From the NCBI GenBank assembly GCA_963664875.1, contig OY761611.1:992001-1056000 (forward strand): a stretch of DNA of 64,000 nucleotides. The letters are read 5' to 3'. A model generated the notes under the pieces. That model made no database searches, was not told where the DNA came from, and saw only the letters and a list, made by a program, of their open reading frames with translations. This document shows positions 9,776 through 18,624 of the stretch, piece after piece (position 1 is the stretch's first letter; the number at the start of each line of letters is the position of its first letter). Both the position numbers and the translations under genes were made by a program. Source of the DNA: Candidatus Kapaibacterium sp. GTDB lineage: Bacteria; Bacteroidota; Ignavibacteria; Kapaibacteriales; UBA2268.

Positions 9776-11881
9776 ATGAAAAACAATAAAAACAGCAAAC
9801 ATGATTTATATTCGCCTGAGCTCTTTTTTAATAGAGAGCTTAGCCTTATAGATTTTAATAAAAGAGTATTGAATGAAGCTGAGGACAAATCACATCCTCT
9901 ACTCGAACGACTAAAGTTCTGCTGCATCTTAAGTTCTAACCTCGACGAATTCTTCATGATTAGAGTCGCCGGACTAAAAGGTCAGATAGCCTCTGAAGTG
10001 GTCGAATTATCTTATGACGGCAAAACACCAAAAGAGCAGTTAATCGAAGTCAGAAAGCAGCTGATTCCGATATATAAGCGACATAGTGATATTTTAAATA
10101 ACCAGATTTTGCCACAGTTGGAAAAACACGGTATCTTTATCCATAATTTTTCCGATTTGCAACCAATAGAAAAAGAAGAATTGGAGCAATACTTTCTTGA
10201 TTCAGTGCTGCCGATACTGACTCCCCTTACCTTGGGACCTGCTAATCCTTTTCCCCGTTTGATAAATAGAAGCCTCAATGTAGCCTTTGTATTACAAGAC
10301 ACTACCAAACCAACCGAAGACGAACGAATTGCATTTGTGCAGCTGCCTTCAGTGTTGCAACGCTTTGTCAGTCTTGACAGAAAAGGTGGACATCATTTTG
10401 TATTGGTCGAACAACTAATAAAGGAATTTGCCAATATTCTTTTCCCGGGATTACAAGTTAAAACAGCTAATACATTTCGTGTAACCCGCGATGCAGATAT
10501 AGAAATCGCAGAAGATGAAGCAGAAGATTTGCTTTCTGAAATAGCTGAGCAAATCAAAAAAAGAAGATGGGGACGAGCAGCTGTCCGCTTAGAAGTCAGC
10601 TCTAAAATGCCTGATTTTTTGGTAGAATTGCTTACCGAGTTTTTAGACTTGGATCCCATAGATGTGTATGTTCACGATAGACCTCTCAATTTGGGCGACT
10701 TTATGGAGTTTATGAAAGTCGAAATACGTGACCTTAAGGATAAACCCTTTGCTCCAAGGAACATTCATGAATTTAACGGAAGAGATATAAATATTTTTGA
10801 TGCTATCAAGCAGCAAGATGTTTTGGTACATCATCCTTATGATTCATTTACAACCTCGACTCTAAAATTCATATCACAAGCCGTAAACGATCCTAACGTT
10901 CTGGCAATTAAAATCACTTTGTACAGGACAGGGCAAAATTCTCCGATAGTAAATGCACTCAAAAAAGCGGCTGAAGACGGTAAATCTGTAACTGCCTTTG
11001 TAGAATTGAAAGCTCGATTTGATGAAGAAAAAAATATTACTTGGGCTAAAGAACTTGAGCACCACGGTGTGCACGTAGTTTATGGAGTTTTGGGACTCAA
11101 AACTCACTGCAAAATATGCAGTGTAGTCCGTAAAGAAAACGATCAGCTACGTACTTATTTGCATCTTTCGACAGGGAATTATAACCAGACAACTTCGAGA
11201 TTATATACAGATTTAGGATTTTTTACTGCTAATCCTGACTTTGGTAAAGATGCAACGCATCTATTTAATATTCTTACCGGCTACTCCCACTTTAACGATT
11301 GGAAGGAGTTTATTGTTGCTCCAACTACAATGTATAAAAGAACTTTAGAGCTAATAGAACGAGAAATAGAACTCTCAACACCTGAAAATCCGGGACTGAT
11401 TTTTGCAAAAATGAACCAACTTGCTCATAGGGAAGTTATTCCGGCACTTTACCGTGCCTCTCAGGCAGGAGTGAAAGTCAAACTTTTAGTCAGAGGTCTT
11501 TGTTGCCTTCGCCCGGGTGTAGAAGGAATTAGTGATAATATTGAAGTCAGAAGTATTATTGGTAGATTTTTGGAACACAGCCGTATTTTTTACTTCAAAA
11601 ATGCAGGCAATGAAGAATATTATCTCAGTAGTGCTGATTGGATGTCCAGGAACTTGCATAAACGAATGGAACTTATGTTTCCTATTTACGACAAAAGATT
11701 GCGCGAAAGAATCTGGGATATACTCAATATATATTGGTCGGATAACACAAAATCTTGGAAATTAAAATCTACCGGCGAATATGAAAAATTGAAACCTAAG
11801 AATATTGATGCAGGTTTTAGCTCTCAGGATTTTTTCCTCGATGAACTAAAGCTCCTGAGAAATTCTGACATACTTGTTTAA
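9776..11881 (+). CDS. ppk1: Polyphosphate kinase 1
   Basis: FFNRELS, SNLDEFFMIRVAGL, ELKARFDE, KTHCK, STGNYN, GRFLEHSR, SADWMSRNL. Confidence 0.97.
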   Translation: MKNNKNSKHDLYSPELFFNRELSLIDFNKRVLNEAEDKSHPLLERLKFCCILSSNLDEFFMIRVAGLKGQIASEVVELSYDGKTPKEQLIEVRKQLIPIYKRHSDILNNQILPQLEKHGIFIHNFSDLQPIEKEELEQYFLDSVLPILTPLTLGPANPFPRLINRSLNVAFVLQDTTKPTEDERIAFVQLPSVLQRFVSLDRKGGHHFVLVEQLIKEFANILFPGLQVKTANTFRVTRDADIEIAEDEAEDLLSEIAEQIKKRRWGRAAVRLEVSSKMPDFLVELLTEFLDLDPIDVYVHDRPLNLGDFMEFMKVEIRDLKDKPFAPRNIHEFNGRDINIFDAIKQQDVLVHHPYDSFTTSTLKFISQAVNDPNVLAIKITLYRTGQNSPIVNALKKAAEDGKSVTAFVELKARFDEEKNITWAKELEHHGVHVVYGVLGLKTHCKICSVVRKENDQLRTYLHLSTGNYNQTTSRLYTDLGFFTANPDFGKDATHLFNILTGYSHFNDWKEFIVAPTTMYKRTLELIEREIELSTPENPGLIFAKMNQLAHREVIPALYRASQAGVKVKLLVRGLCCLRPGVEGISDNIEVRSIIGRFLEHSRIFYFKNAGNEEYYLSSADWMSRNLHKRMELMFPIYDKRLRERIWDILNIYWSDNTKSWKLKSTGEYEKLKPKNIDAGFSSQDFFLDELKLLRNSDILV

Positions 11882-11883
11882 AC

Positions 11884-11920
11884 AAAAAGAGACTCATTAT
11901 AAAATCGAGTCTCTTTTCTT
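11884..11920. terminator. Bidirectional intrinsic terminator (ppk1/rpoZ)
   Basis: AAAAGAGACTC...GAGTCTCTTTT inverted repeat. Confidence 0.75.
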
Positions 11921-11949
11921 TATATTATCTCTTGAAAATTACTTTCAGA

Positions 11950-12246
11950 TTAGTCTTCTTCTTCAGGAATTCTGAAAAGCAATTTTCCGTCTTCAATTTC
12001 TTTCATAGCCAAAAAAGTAGGTTTTGGATATTTGTCAAATTCTTTACTGATGCTGATTTGGTCGTAGTTCGTATCGTTATCATCACCTGTAGTGAGGACA
12101 TCAGACATTCTCAACTTGATTTCATTCTTGATATCGTCGTTAATCTGTCTTGATCTGAAGCCCATAGCAACTATGGATTGGTAAATAGAACCTTTTTCTG
12201 ACTCGTGCATTCTAACTTCAATAGGATTGACAATATATTTTGCCAT
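11950..12246 (-). CDS. rpoZ: RNA polymerase omega subunit, Bacteroidota/Chlorobiota type
   Basis: GSIYQSIVAMGFRSRQI and QISISKEFDKYPKPTFLAMKEIEDGKL resemble the long Bacteroidota omega; ATG 12246 follows a GAGG RBS. Confidence 0.8.
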   Translation of the reverse strand: MAKYIVNPIEVRMHESEKGSIYQSIVAMGFRSRQINDDIKNEIKLRMSDVLTTGDDNDTNYDQISISKEFDKYPKPTFLAMKEIEDGKLLFRIPEEED

Positions 12247-12419
12247 GATAGCGTCCTCTTTATACGTACTTATATAATGATTCGAATCAGCAATATAATC
12301 TATTTTAGTCAAAAAAGCAAGCACTAAGTCCCAAATCTCAATTTTTTATTTTCAGGATAAAATGATATATTTAAACTTAGCTCAGTATTGTTTTTTTTAG
12401 ATGCTTTGCAGAGATACTA

Positions 12420-12809
12420 ATGAAAAAATTATATTATTCTATAAGTGAAGTAAGTAAGTTAGTCGATGAAGAGTCGCATATACTAAGATATTGGGAAAAA
12501 GAATTTAGTGAGCTAAAGCCTAAAAAAAACAATGGCGGCAATCGTATGTACTCAGAAAACGATTTGAAAACCATTATCTCTATTCAAAAGCTTATCAGAG
12601 ACGAAAAACTATCCCTTAAAGATGCAAAAGCCAAAATAAAAAGCATTTCCAACGCCGATTTGGAGTTACCTTTTGAAAATAATGAAGTAGTGCCAACTGA
12701 ACCTCAGCTCTTCCCTGACGTACCCAAAAGCAATGCTGCACCTCAAATCGAGAAATCCATGCTTAAAGAATTTAGAGCACTTTTGATTTCTATCAAAGAA
12801 AGACTCTAA
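12420..12809 (+). CDS. MerR-family HTH regulator
   Basis: YYSISEVS..HILRYWEKEF..GGNRMY. Confidence 0.9.
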   Translation: MKKLYYSISEVSKLVDEESHILRYWEKEFSELKPKKNNGGNRMYSENDLKTIISIQKLIRDEKLSLKDAKAKIKSISNADLELPFENNEVVPTEPQLFPDVPKSNAAPQIEKSMLKEFRALLISIKERL

Positions 12810-13005
12810 TTTCCGTTCATGCAAACACTCTAATTTACAGTATATTATGCTTGTATGTACTATTTTGTATTGATTTTTTTTCTTAACAGGAATTTGATAT
12901 AATATTGTTTTAACAATTTTATTATATTGAACCGTCTGTTAGTTATCATTGTATTCAATAGTAGATAATAAATATACTTTTTACATAATAATTGGAGTTT
13001 TCACT

Positions 13006-13974
13006 ATGGCAATTCATTTAAAAGTTTTTGCTGCATATTTGCTTGCAGCACTTTTAACTGTATCTGCTTCTGCTCAAAAACTCAAGTACGAAGAACAAGT
13101 AGTTGGTAAACACAACGACGAAGTTCTTGGTGTGTTTGTAAATGAAGATGATACGAAAGTAGCCACCTGCAGCTTAGACGAAACTATTAAAATCTGGAGC
13201 TTGCCGGAAGGTAAAGAGTTAATGACTTTGAAAGGACATCTTGGACAGGTAAATAATCTCTCGTTTTCCGGTAATGACAAATATATCGCTTCCGGTTCAA
13301 GCGATCAGACCATAAAAGTTTGGGATGTTGAAACAGGTAAACTGATTAAAACTCTTAAAGGTCATACAGATCAGGTGATAGGCGTGTATTTTAGCCAAGA
13401 TGATGGATCTACTCTAATTGCTTCTACCAGCTTTGACAAGACTGTAAAGTTATGGGATAGAGAGCTTGGTGCAGAGGTAAAAACTTTACGCGGACATACA
13501 GAACCTACAAATAATGTGGCTTATAGCTATGACGGTAAATATCTCGCTTCTTGCAGTGACGACAAAACCATCAAGATTTGGTCAACAGATATTGGCAAAG
13601 ATGACCCTATAATGAACCTTTCCGGTCATGAAGCTCCTGTGCTAACAGTTCTATTTAGCTTCGATAACAAACTTTTGGCTTCGGCAGATGCTTCAGGTAC
13701 AATAAAAATTTGGAATGTGGCAAACGGCCAGCTTATCAAAAGTATCAAAGCACACGACCAGCTTGTTCAGGATGTTTCTTTTGCAGGCGACAACAAAACT
13801 TTAGTAAGTGCAAGCCTCGACAAAAAAGTAAAGCTTTGGGATGTAGAATCAGGAAAAGAGTTAATGTCGATGGAACTCAACTGTGAGATATGGTCAGTCG
13901 ATTTAGTTCTTGATAAATCCATTATTATAGTTGGATGCTCAGACGGTACTGTTAGATATTTGAGAAAAAAGTAG
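13006..13974 (+). CDS. Exported WD40 beta-propeller protein (7 repeats)
   Basis: Signal peptide ending ASA-Q; GH...WD/WS repeats; GGAG RBS before ATG 13006. Confidence 0.92.
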   Translation: MAIHLKVFAAYLLAALLTVSASAQKLKYEEQVVGKHNDEVLGVFVNEDDTKVATCSLDETIKIWSLPEGKELMTLKGHLGQVNNLSFSGNDKYIASGSSDQTIKVWDVETGKLIKTLKGHTDQVIGVYFSQDDGSTLIASTSFDKTVKLWDRELGAEVKTLRGHTEPTNNVAYSYDGKYLASCSDDKTIKIWSTDIGKDDPIMNLSGHEAPVLTVLFSFDNKLLASADASGTIKIWNVANGQLIKSIKAHDQLVQDVSFAGDNKTLVSASLDKKVKLWDVESGKELMSMELNCEIWSVDLVLDKSIIIVGCSDGTVRYLRKK

Positions 13975-13983
13975 GAGATTAAA

Positions 13984-14697
13984 ATGAAATATATGATTAA
14001 ATCGGCACTTTTTATTGTAATGCTATTGGCCTTTGTAACTTCTTCATTTGCTCAGTTTTCTTCTACGGTAGTAGCAGTAAGAGGCGTAATAATGAATGAA
14101 CTTACCGGAGAGCCGGTTAAGCTTAAAGTGCAGTTGATGGATGAAACCGGAAAGACTGTCAATAGAGCTTTTAGCAACTCATTGACGGGAGAGTATTATA
14201 TGACAGGTCTGCGTGCAGGTCTTACTTATAAATGCAGACTCGTTTCCGATGAGTTTTTGGTAGAAGAATTTGTTATTCACACTCCAAATACTGACAAGTA
14301 TCTGGAAATTTCGCGTGATTTTATGGTCAAACCATTGATTGCAGGCAAAAAAATACCATTGAAAGTTGCTCCTTTCGAGCTACGTAAAAGCAAAATCAAA
14401 TTTGGTGCTTCTGAGGCTTTAGAAGATATCACAAATGCCCTTAAGCTCAATGAACAGGTTAAATTTGAAATAATTTGCTACCCGGATTCAGAGACTCAGG
14501 TAAAATCAGATCCGGAAATAACTACCCAGCGTGCAAATGCTCTTAGAGACTATTTTGTGGCTGTTGGCATTTCACCTGACCGAATCTCTGTAGAAGGATC
14601 TAAACAGCTTGACCCTGATAATCCACCTCCAACGCAAAAAGCTGCTAAAGGAAAAAGATATATCGGCACTACTTATGTAGTAATAAAAGAAGTATAA
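13984..14697 (+). CDS. Exported protein with carboxypeptidase-regulatory-like and OmpA_C-like domains
   Basis: Signal peptide SFA-Q; VRGVIMNELTGEPV..TGEYYMTGL beta-sandwich pattern; PD-x10-IT-x2-RANALRDYFVAVGISPDRI OmpA-like motif. Confidence 0.75.
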   Translation: MKYMIKSALFIVMLLAFVTSSFAQFSSTVVAVRGVIMNELTGEPVKLKVQLMDETGKTVNRAFSNSLTGEYYMTGLRAGLTYKCRLVSDEFLVEEFVIHTPNTDKYLEISRDFMVKPLIAGKKIPLKVAPFELRKSKIKFGASEALEDITNALKLNEQVKFEIICYPDSETQVKSDPEITTQRANALRDYFVAVGISPDRISVEGSKQLDPDNPPPTQKAAKGKRYIGTTYVVIKEV

Positions 14698-14734
14698 AAT
14701 TCAAATCCTTACGATATAAAATTGAAAAGACATT

Positions 14735-14759
14735 GCCCGGCTATTGGTCGGGCTTTTTT
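14735..14759 (+). terminator. Intrinsic terminator
   Basis: GCCCGGC...GTCGGGC followed by T6. Confidence 0.8.
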
Positions 14760-14967
14760 GTGTTTTAGAGTTGGTCAATGTATTTTGCAAATGAAATATA
14801 TATATAGATAACATTTGTATCAATAAAATTGGATTAAAAAAATTAGGTTATCAAAATTTTTTGAGATATTTTTGGAGATATTGGTTAATAGGGTAAATGG
14901 ATTTTGTCTTTTACCCGTTACTATATCTTGAATCGAAATTATATGTATATATAGGGATACTAATACT

Positions 14968-17900
14968 ATGTTTAAGCTTCTTTCAAAGCTTTTCGGGAAT
15001 AAAAGTGACAAGGATATAAAGGCACTAAAACCGATAGTAGAAGAAATCAACAGCTACTACAAACAGTTTGATGCTCTATCGGAAGATGAACTAAAGGGAA
15101 AGACAAACGAGTTCAGAGGTATAATTAAAGACAGAACTAATGAGCTTGAAAGCAAGAAAATAGAACTTAGTCAAAAACTAAAAACTGAAGTACTTTCTTC
15201 AGAAGAAATTTCTGATATTTCTGCAGAGATTAAGAAACTGGATAAAGACATTTTCGCTACTACTCAGGAAGTTCTAAATGAGCTTCTCCCTCAGGCTTTT
15301 GCCACTGTCAAACAGGCATGTAAACGTCTAACAGAGCAAAAGTTTACATACGAATATGCAGGACAGTCAGATACATGGGCTATGATTCCTTACGATGTTC
15401 AGCTAATTGGCGGTATCGTTCTTCATCAGGGTAAAATAGCCGAGATGGCTACGGGTGAGGGTAAAACTCTTGTGGCAATCCTTCCTGTTTATCTTAATGC
15501 CCTCCCCGGCAAAGGTGTTCACCTTGTAACTGTCAACGACTACCTTGCTAAACGCGACTGCGACTGGATGAGACCTGTTTATGAATACTTAGGTATGACT
15601 TGTGGTGCAATTCAGTCTAATATGGATAATGACGAAAGAAAAGCTATATATAACGGCGACATTACTTACGGTACTAACAATGAGTTTGGTTTTGACTACC
15701 TAAGAGATAATATGGTCGTTGAAGCTGAACAAATGGTTCAGCGCGAACACTGGTACGCTATTGTCGATGAGGTTGACTCAGTTTTAATTGACGAAGCTCG
15801 TACTCCTCTTATCATTTCAGGACCGGTTGGCAATCCGGATCAAAAATTTGAAGAGATGGAACCTCGCGTTCGCAAACTTGTTGAAGCACAAATGCGTAAC
15901 GTTAATCAATATGTTAGCGAAGCAGAAAGCTTGTTAAAAAAAGGAACAAAAGAAGCCAAAGACGAAGCGGGTATTCTAATACTTATGTCGCATAGAGCAA
16001 TGCCGAAACATAAAAGATTGCTCAAATTGATGCAAGATCCGGAATTACAGAAATTGAAATCAGAAACCGAGCTGTTTTATCTTCGCGAACAAGGCAGAAA
16101 GATGGCAGAGATAGATGAAAAATTACTATACTCTATCGACGAAAAACATCATTCTATTGATATTTCAGAAAAAGGTCGCCAACTGCTCTGCACTCATCAG
16201 GAAGATCCTGAAATGTTCGTGATTCCTGATATTGCCACAGAGCTAAGTGCTATCGAAGGCGATACAGATTTACCGGAAAAAGAAAGACAACTCAAAAAAG
16301 ACAGAGTCCATTTGCTTTATGCAGAGAGAAGCGACAGAATTCATACTGTAACTCAGTTACTTCGTGCATTCTCTCTATATGAAAGGGATATCGAGTATGT
16401 AATTCAAAACGGCAAGATTATGATTGTGGATGAGTTCACGGGTCGTATCTTGGACGGAAGAAGATACTCTGACGGACTTCATCAGGCGATAGAAGCAAAA
16501 GAACACGTAAAAGTCGAACGCGATACTCAAACTTTTGCAACTGTTACACTGCAAAACTATTTTAGATTGTACCACAAATTAGGTGGTATGACGGGTACAG
16601 CGGAAACTGAAGCTGCAGAATTTGAAAAAATTTACAAGCTCGAAGTTGTAGTTATACCTACTAACAGACCTATCCAAAGAAAAGATGACGAAGATCTTAT
16701 CTTTAAAACTAAAAGAGAAAAATACAACGCAATTATAGATCACGTTCAAGAATTGCTCAAAGAAGGAAGACCGGTTCTTGTTGGTACTGCCAGCGTAGAA
16801 GTTTCCGAGATATTGAGCAAAATGTTGCAGAGAAAAAAAGTACCTCACAACGTGCTAAATGCCAAAGCCCATGCTAAAGAAGCCGAAATCGTAGCTGCAG
16901 CCGGTAAAAAAGGTGCTGTAACTATCGCAACTAACATGGCAGGTCGTGGTACTGACATCAAAATAAATGACGAAATCAAGAAGAATGGCGGTTTAGCTAT
17001 CATCGGTTCCGAAAGGCACGATGCTCGCCGTATTGACAGACAGTTGAGAGGTCGTTCAGGCAGACAGGGCGATCCGGGTACTTCTATTTTCTACATATCT
17101 CTCGAAGATAATCTTATGAGATTATTTAGTGGCGACAGAGTTGCGGGAGTTATGAGCAAATTAGATATTCCCGAAGGTGAACCTATCTCCCACTCTATGA
17201 TAACTAAAGCAGTCGAAAGAGCACAGAAGAAAGTAGAAGAAAACAACTTTGCAATTCGTAAACGTCTATTGGAATATGATGACGTAATGAATCAGCAGAG
17301 AGAGGTAATCTATAATAGACGTAAGGCTGCACTTCGCGGTGAAAGACTGAAAGGCGAGCTTTTTGACTACATAGACGAGATGGCAAGTGAATGGTTCCAA
17401 ACCTATCAACCAAATAATGAATTTGATGAATTCATGAATGATGTAAGAACTACACTGCTTTGCGAACCTAATATCACAAGAGAAGAATTTAAAACTATTT
17501 CAGAAGAAGCTGTAGTGCAAAGAGTAGTCGAAGCTGCTGAAATGTTCTACACGCGAAAAGAAGAAATGATAGGTACTGAATTCCTTTCCAAATTGGAAAG
17601 AGTTGCAGTCCTACAAACAATTGATGATAAATGGCGCGAACACCTCAGACAAATGGATGATTTGAAAGAAGGTATTCATTTGCGTTCTTATGGTCAAAAA
17701 GATCCATTGATGGAATATAAAAAAGAAGCCTTCGAATTGTTTGTCAGCTTGATTAGAGAAATAAACAAACAATCCGTAAACTTCTCTTTCAAATTCTTCC
17801 CTCAGATTATTTATAGAGATCAAGATGGTAATATAGTACCTCCTCCGGAAGAGAATGCTCAGATTCCTACTGTGAAAAGAGCAGCTCCCCGTAAGCTAAG

Positions 17901-18108
17901 TTTCAGACGAGACGAAGCCGGAATACCTGCTCCAAGACAGGAAATGCCGCATGCTCAGGCACCTGCAGAAGCACAAGCAGGCGAAGCAAAGGTACAAACT
18001 CATGTCAGAGAGGAACCTAAAATCGGCAGGAATGACCCTTGCCCATGTGGAAGTGGCAAAAAATATAAAAAATGCTGTGGTATTGGCGAAGATAGCACAG
18101 ATTTGTAG
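14968..18108 (+). CDS. secA: Preprotein translocase ATPase SecA
   Basis: [52 protein letters not shown] and C-terminal [22 protein letters not shown]. Confidence 0.99.
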   Translation: MFKLLSKLFGNKSDKDIKALKPIVEEINSYYKQFDALSEDELKGKTNEFRGIIKDRTNELESKKIELSQKLKTEVLSSEEISDISAEIKKLDKDIFATTQEVLNELLPQAFATVKQACKRLTEQKFTYEYAGQSDTWAMIPYDVQLIGGIVLHQGKIAEMATGEGKTLVAILPVYLNALPGKGVHLVTVNDYLAKRDCDWMRPVYEYLGMTCGAIQSNMDNDERKAIYNGDITYGTNNEFGFDYLRDNMVVEAEQMVQREHWYAIVDEVDSVLIDEARTPLIISGPVGNPDQKFEEMEPRVRKLVEAQMRNVNQYVSEAESLLKKGTKEAKDEAGILILMSHRAMPKHKRLLKLMQDPELQKLKSETELFYLREQGRKMAEIDEKLLYSIDEKHHSIDISEKGRQLLCTHQEDPEMFVIPDIATELSAIEGDTDLPEKERQLKKDRVHLLYAERSDRIHTVTQLLRAFSLYERDIEYVIQNGKIMIVDEFTGRILDGRRYSDGLHQAIEAKEHVKVERDTQTFATVTLQNYFRLYHKLGGMTGTAETEAAEFEKIYKLEVVVIPTNRPIQRKDDEDLIFKTKREKYNAIIDHVQELLKEGRPVLVGTASVEVSEILSKMLQRKKVPHNVLNAKAHAKEAEIVAAAGKKGAVTIATNMAGRGTDIKINDEIKKNGGLAIIGSERHDARRIDRQLRGRSGRQGDPGTSIFYISLEDNLMRLFSGDRVAGVMSKLDIPEGEPISHSMITKAVERAQKKVEENNFAIRKRLLEYDDVMNQQREVIYNRRKAALRGERLKGELFDYIDEMASEWFQTYQPNNEFDEFMNDVRTTLLCEPNITREEFKTISEEAVVQRVVEAAEMFYTRKEEMIGTEFLSKLERVAVLQTIDDKWREHLRQMDDLKEGIHLRSYGQKDPLMEYKKEAFELFVSLIREINKQSVNFSFKFFPQIIYRDQDGNIVPPPEENAQIPTVKRAAPRKLSFRRDEAGIPAPRQEMPHAQAPAEAQAGEAKVQTHVREEPKIGRNDPCPCGSGKKYKKCCGIGEDSTDL

Positions 18109-18132
18109 GAAATTCAATTTTTAGTTTTATTT

Positions 18133-18166
18133 AAGCAGTTCAATCCAAACATTGAACTGCTTTTTT
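18133..18166 (+). terminator. secA intrinsic terminator
   Basis: AAGCAGTTCAAT...ATTGAACTGCTT followed by a T run. Confidence 0.85.
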
Positions 18167-18301
18167 GTTGTACGATAAGCTAAAACATCCTCTTTAACGC
18201 AAATCTCAATTAAAACTCTAAAAACACTTGCATCTACTTTTCTTTGCCAAGAAGAGTTCAAATCCAAGACATAAGTAATACTTACATATTGAATCATTGA
18301 A

Positions 18302-18497
18302 GAGGCTGTCTCAGAAGTCTGAGTTTTGTCATGCTATTTAGTAAAGTAGAGGAAAAACAAACGTTATCTTTTCTTCTGCCGCAAGCTAAAGCATGCGGTT
18401 GCAATGAGTTACACAAGTGCAACCGACTGCTTTAGCTGTCGGTAAAACTTACAGACATCAAGAGAATGATGCACATTTTGACTTATAAGACAGCCTC
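18302..18497. mobile_element. MITE-like non-autonomous element, 196 bp
   Basis: Terminal inverted repeats GAGGCTGTCTCAGAAGTC (18302-18319) and GACTTATAAGACAGCCTC (18480-18497) match at 16/18; no transposase ORF; no clear target-site duplication. Confidence 0.6.
18379..18442. repeat. Inverted REP-like doublet (REPIN-like)
   Basis: CCGCAAGCTAAAGCATGCGGTTGCA (18379-18403) and TGCAACCGACTGCTTTAGCTGTCGG (18418-18442): two imperfect palindromes in inverted orientation, 21/25 identical. Confidence 0.7.
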
Positions 18498-18624
18498 CCG
18501 GGAAAAAAAATAAAGACACATAGGCGAATTCTTATGCCGTTTCCGGGTTAAATTGTTTCAATAAGCAAAAAAAAAATGATAACTTGCAGGATTAAGTTAA
18601 TTTGTAAAATTATGAGATAGTATC

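Noticed and set aside
18302-18497. CRISPR array or intact IS
   Set aside because: Repeats are inverted, not direct and regularly spaced; no transposase ORF and no cas genes in the window
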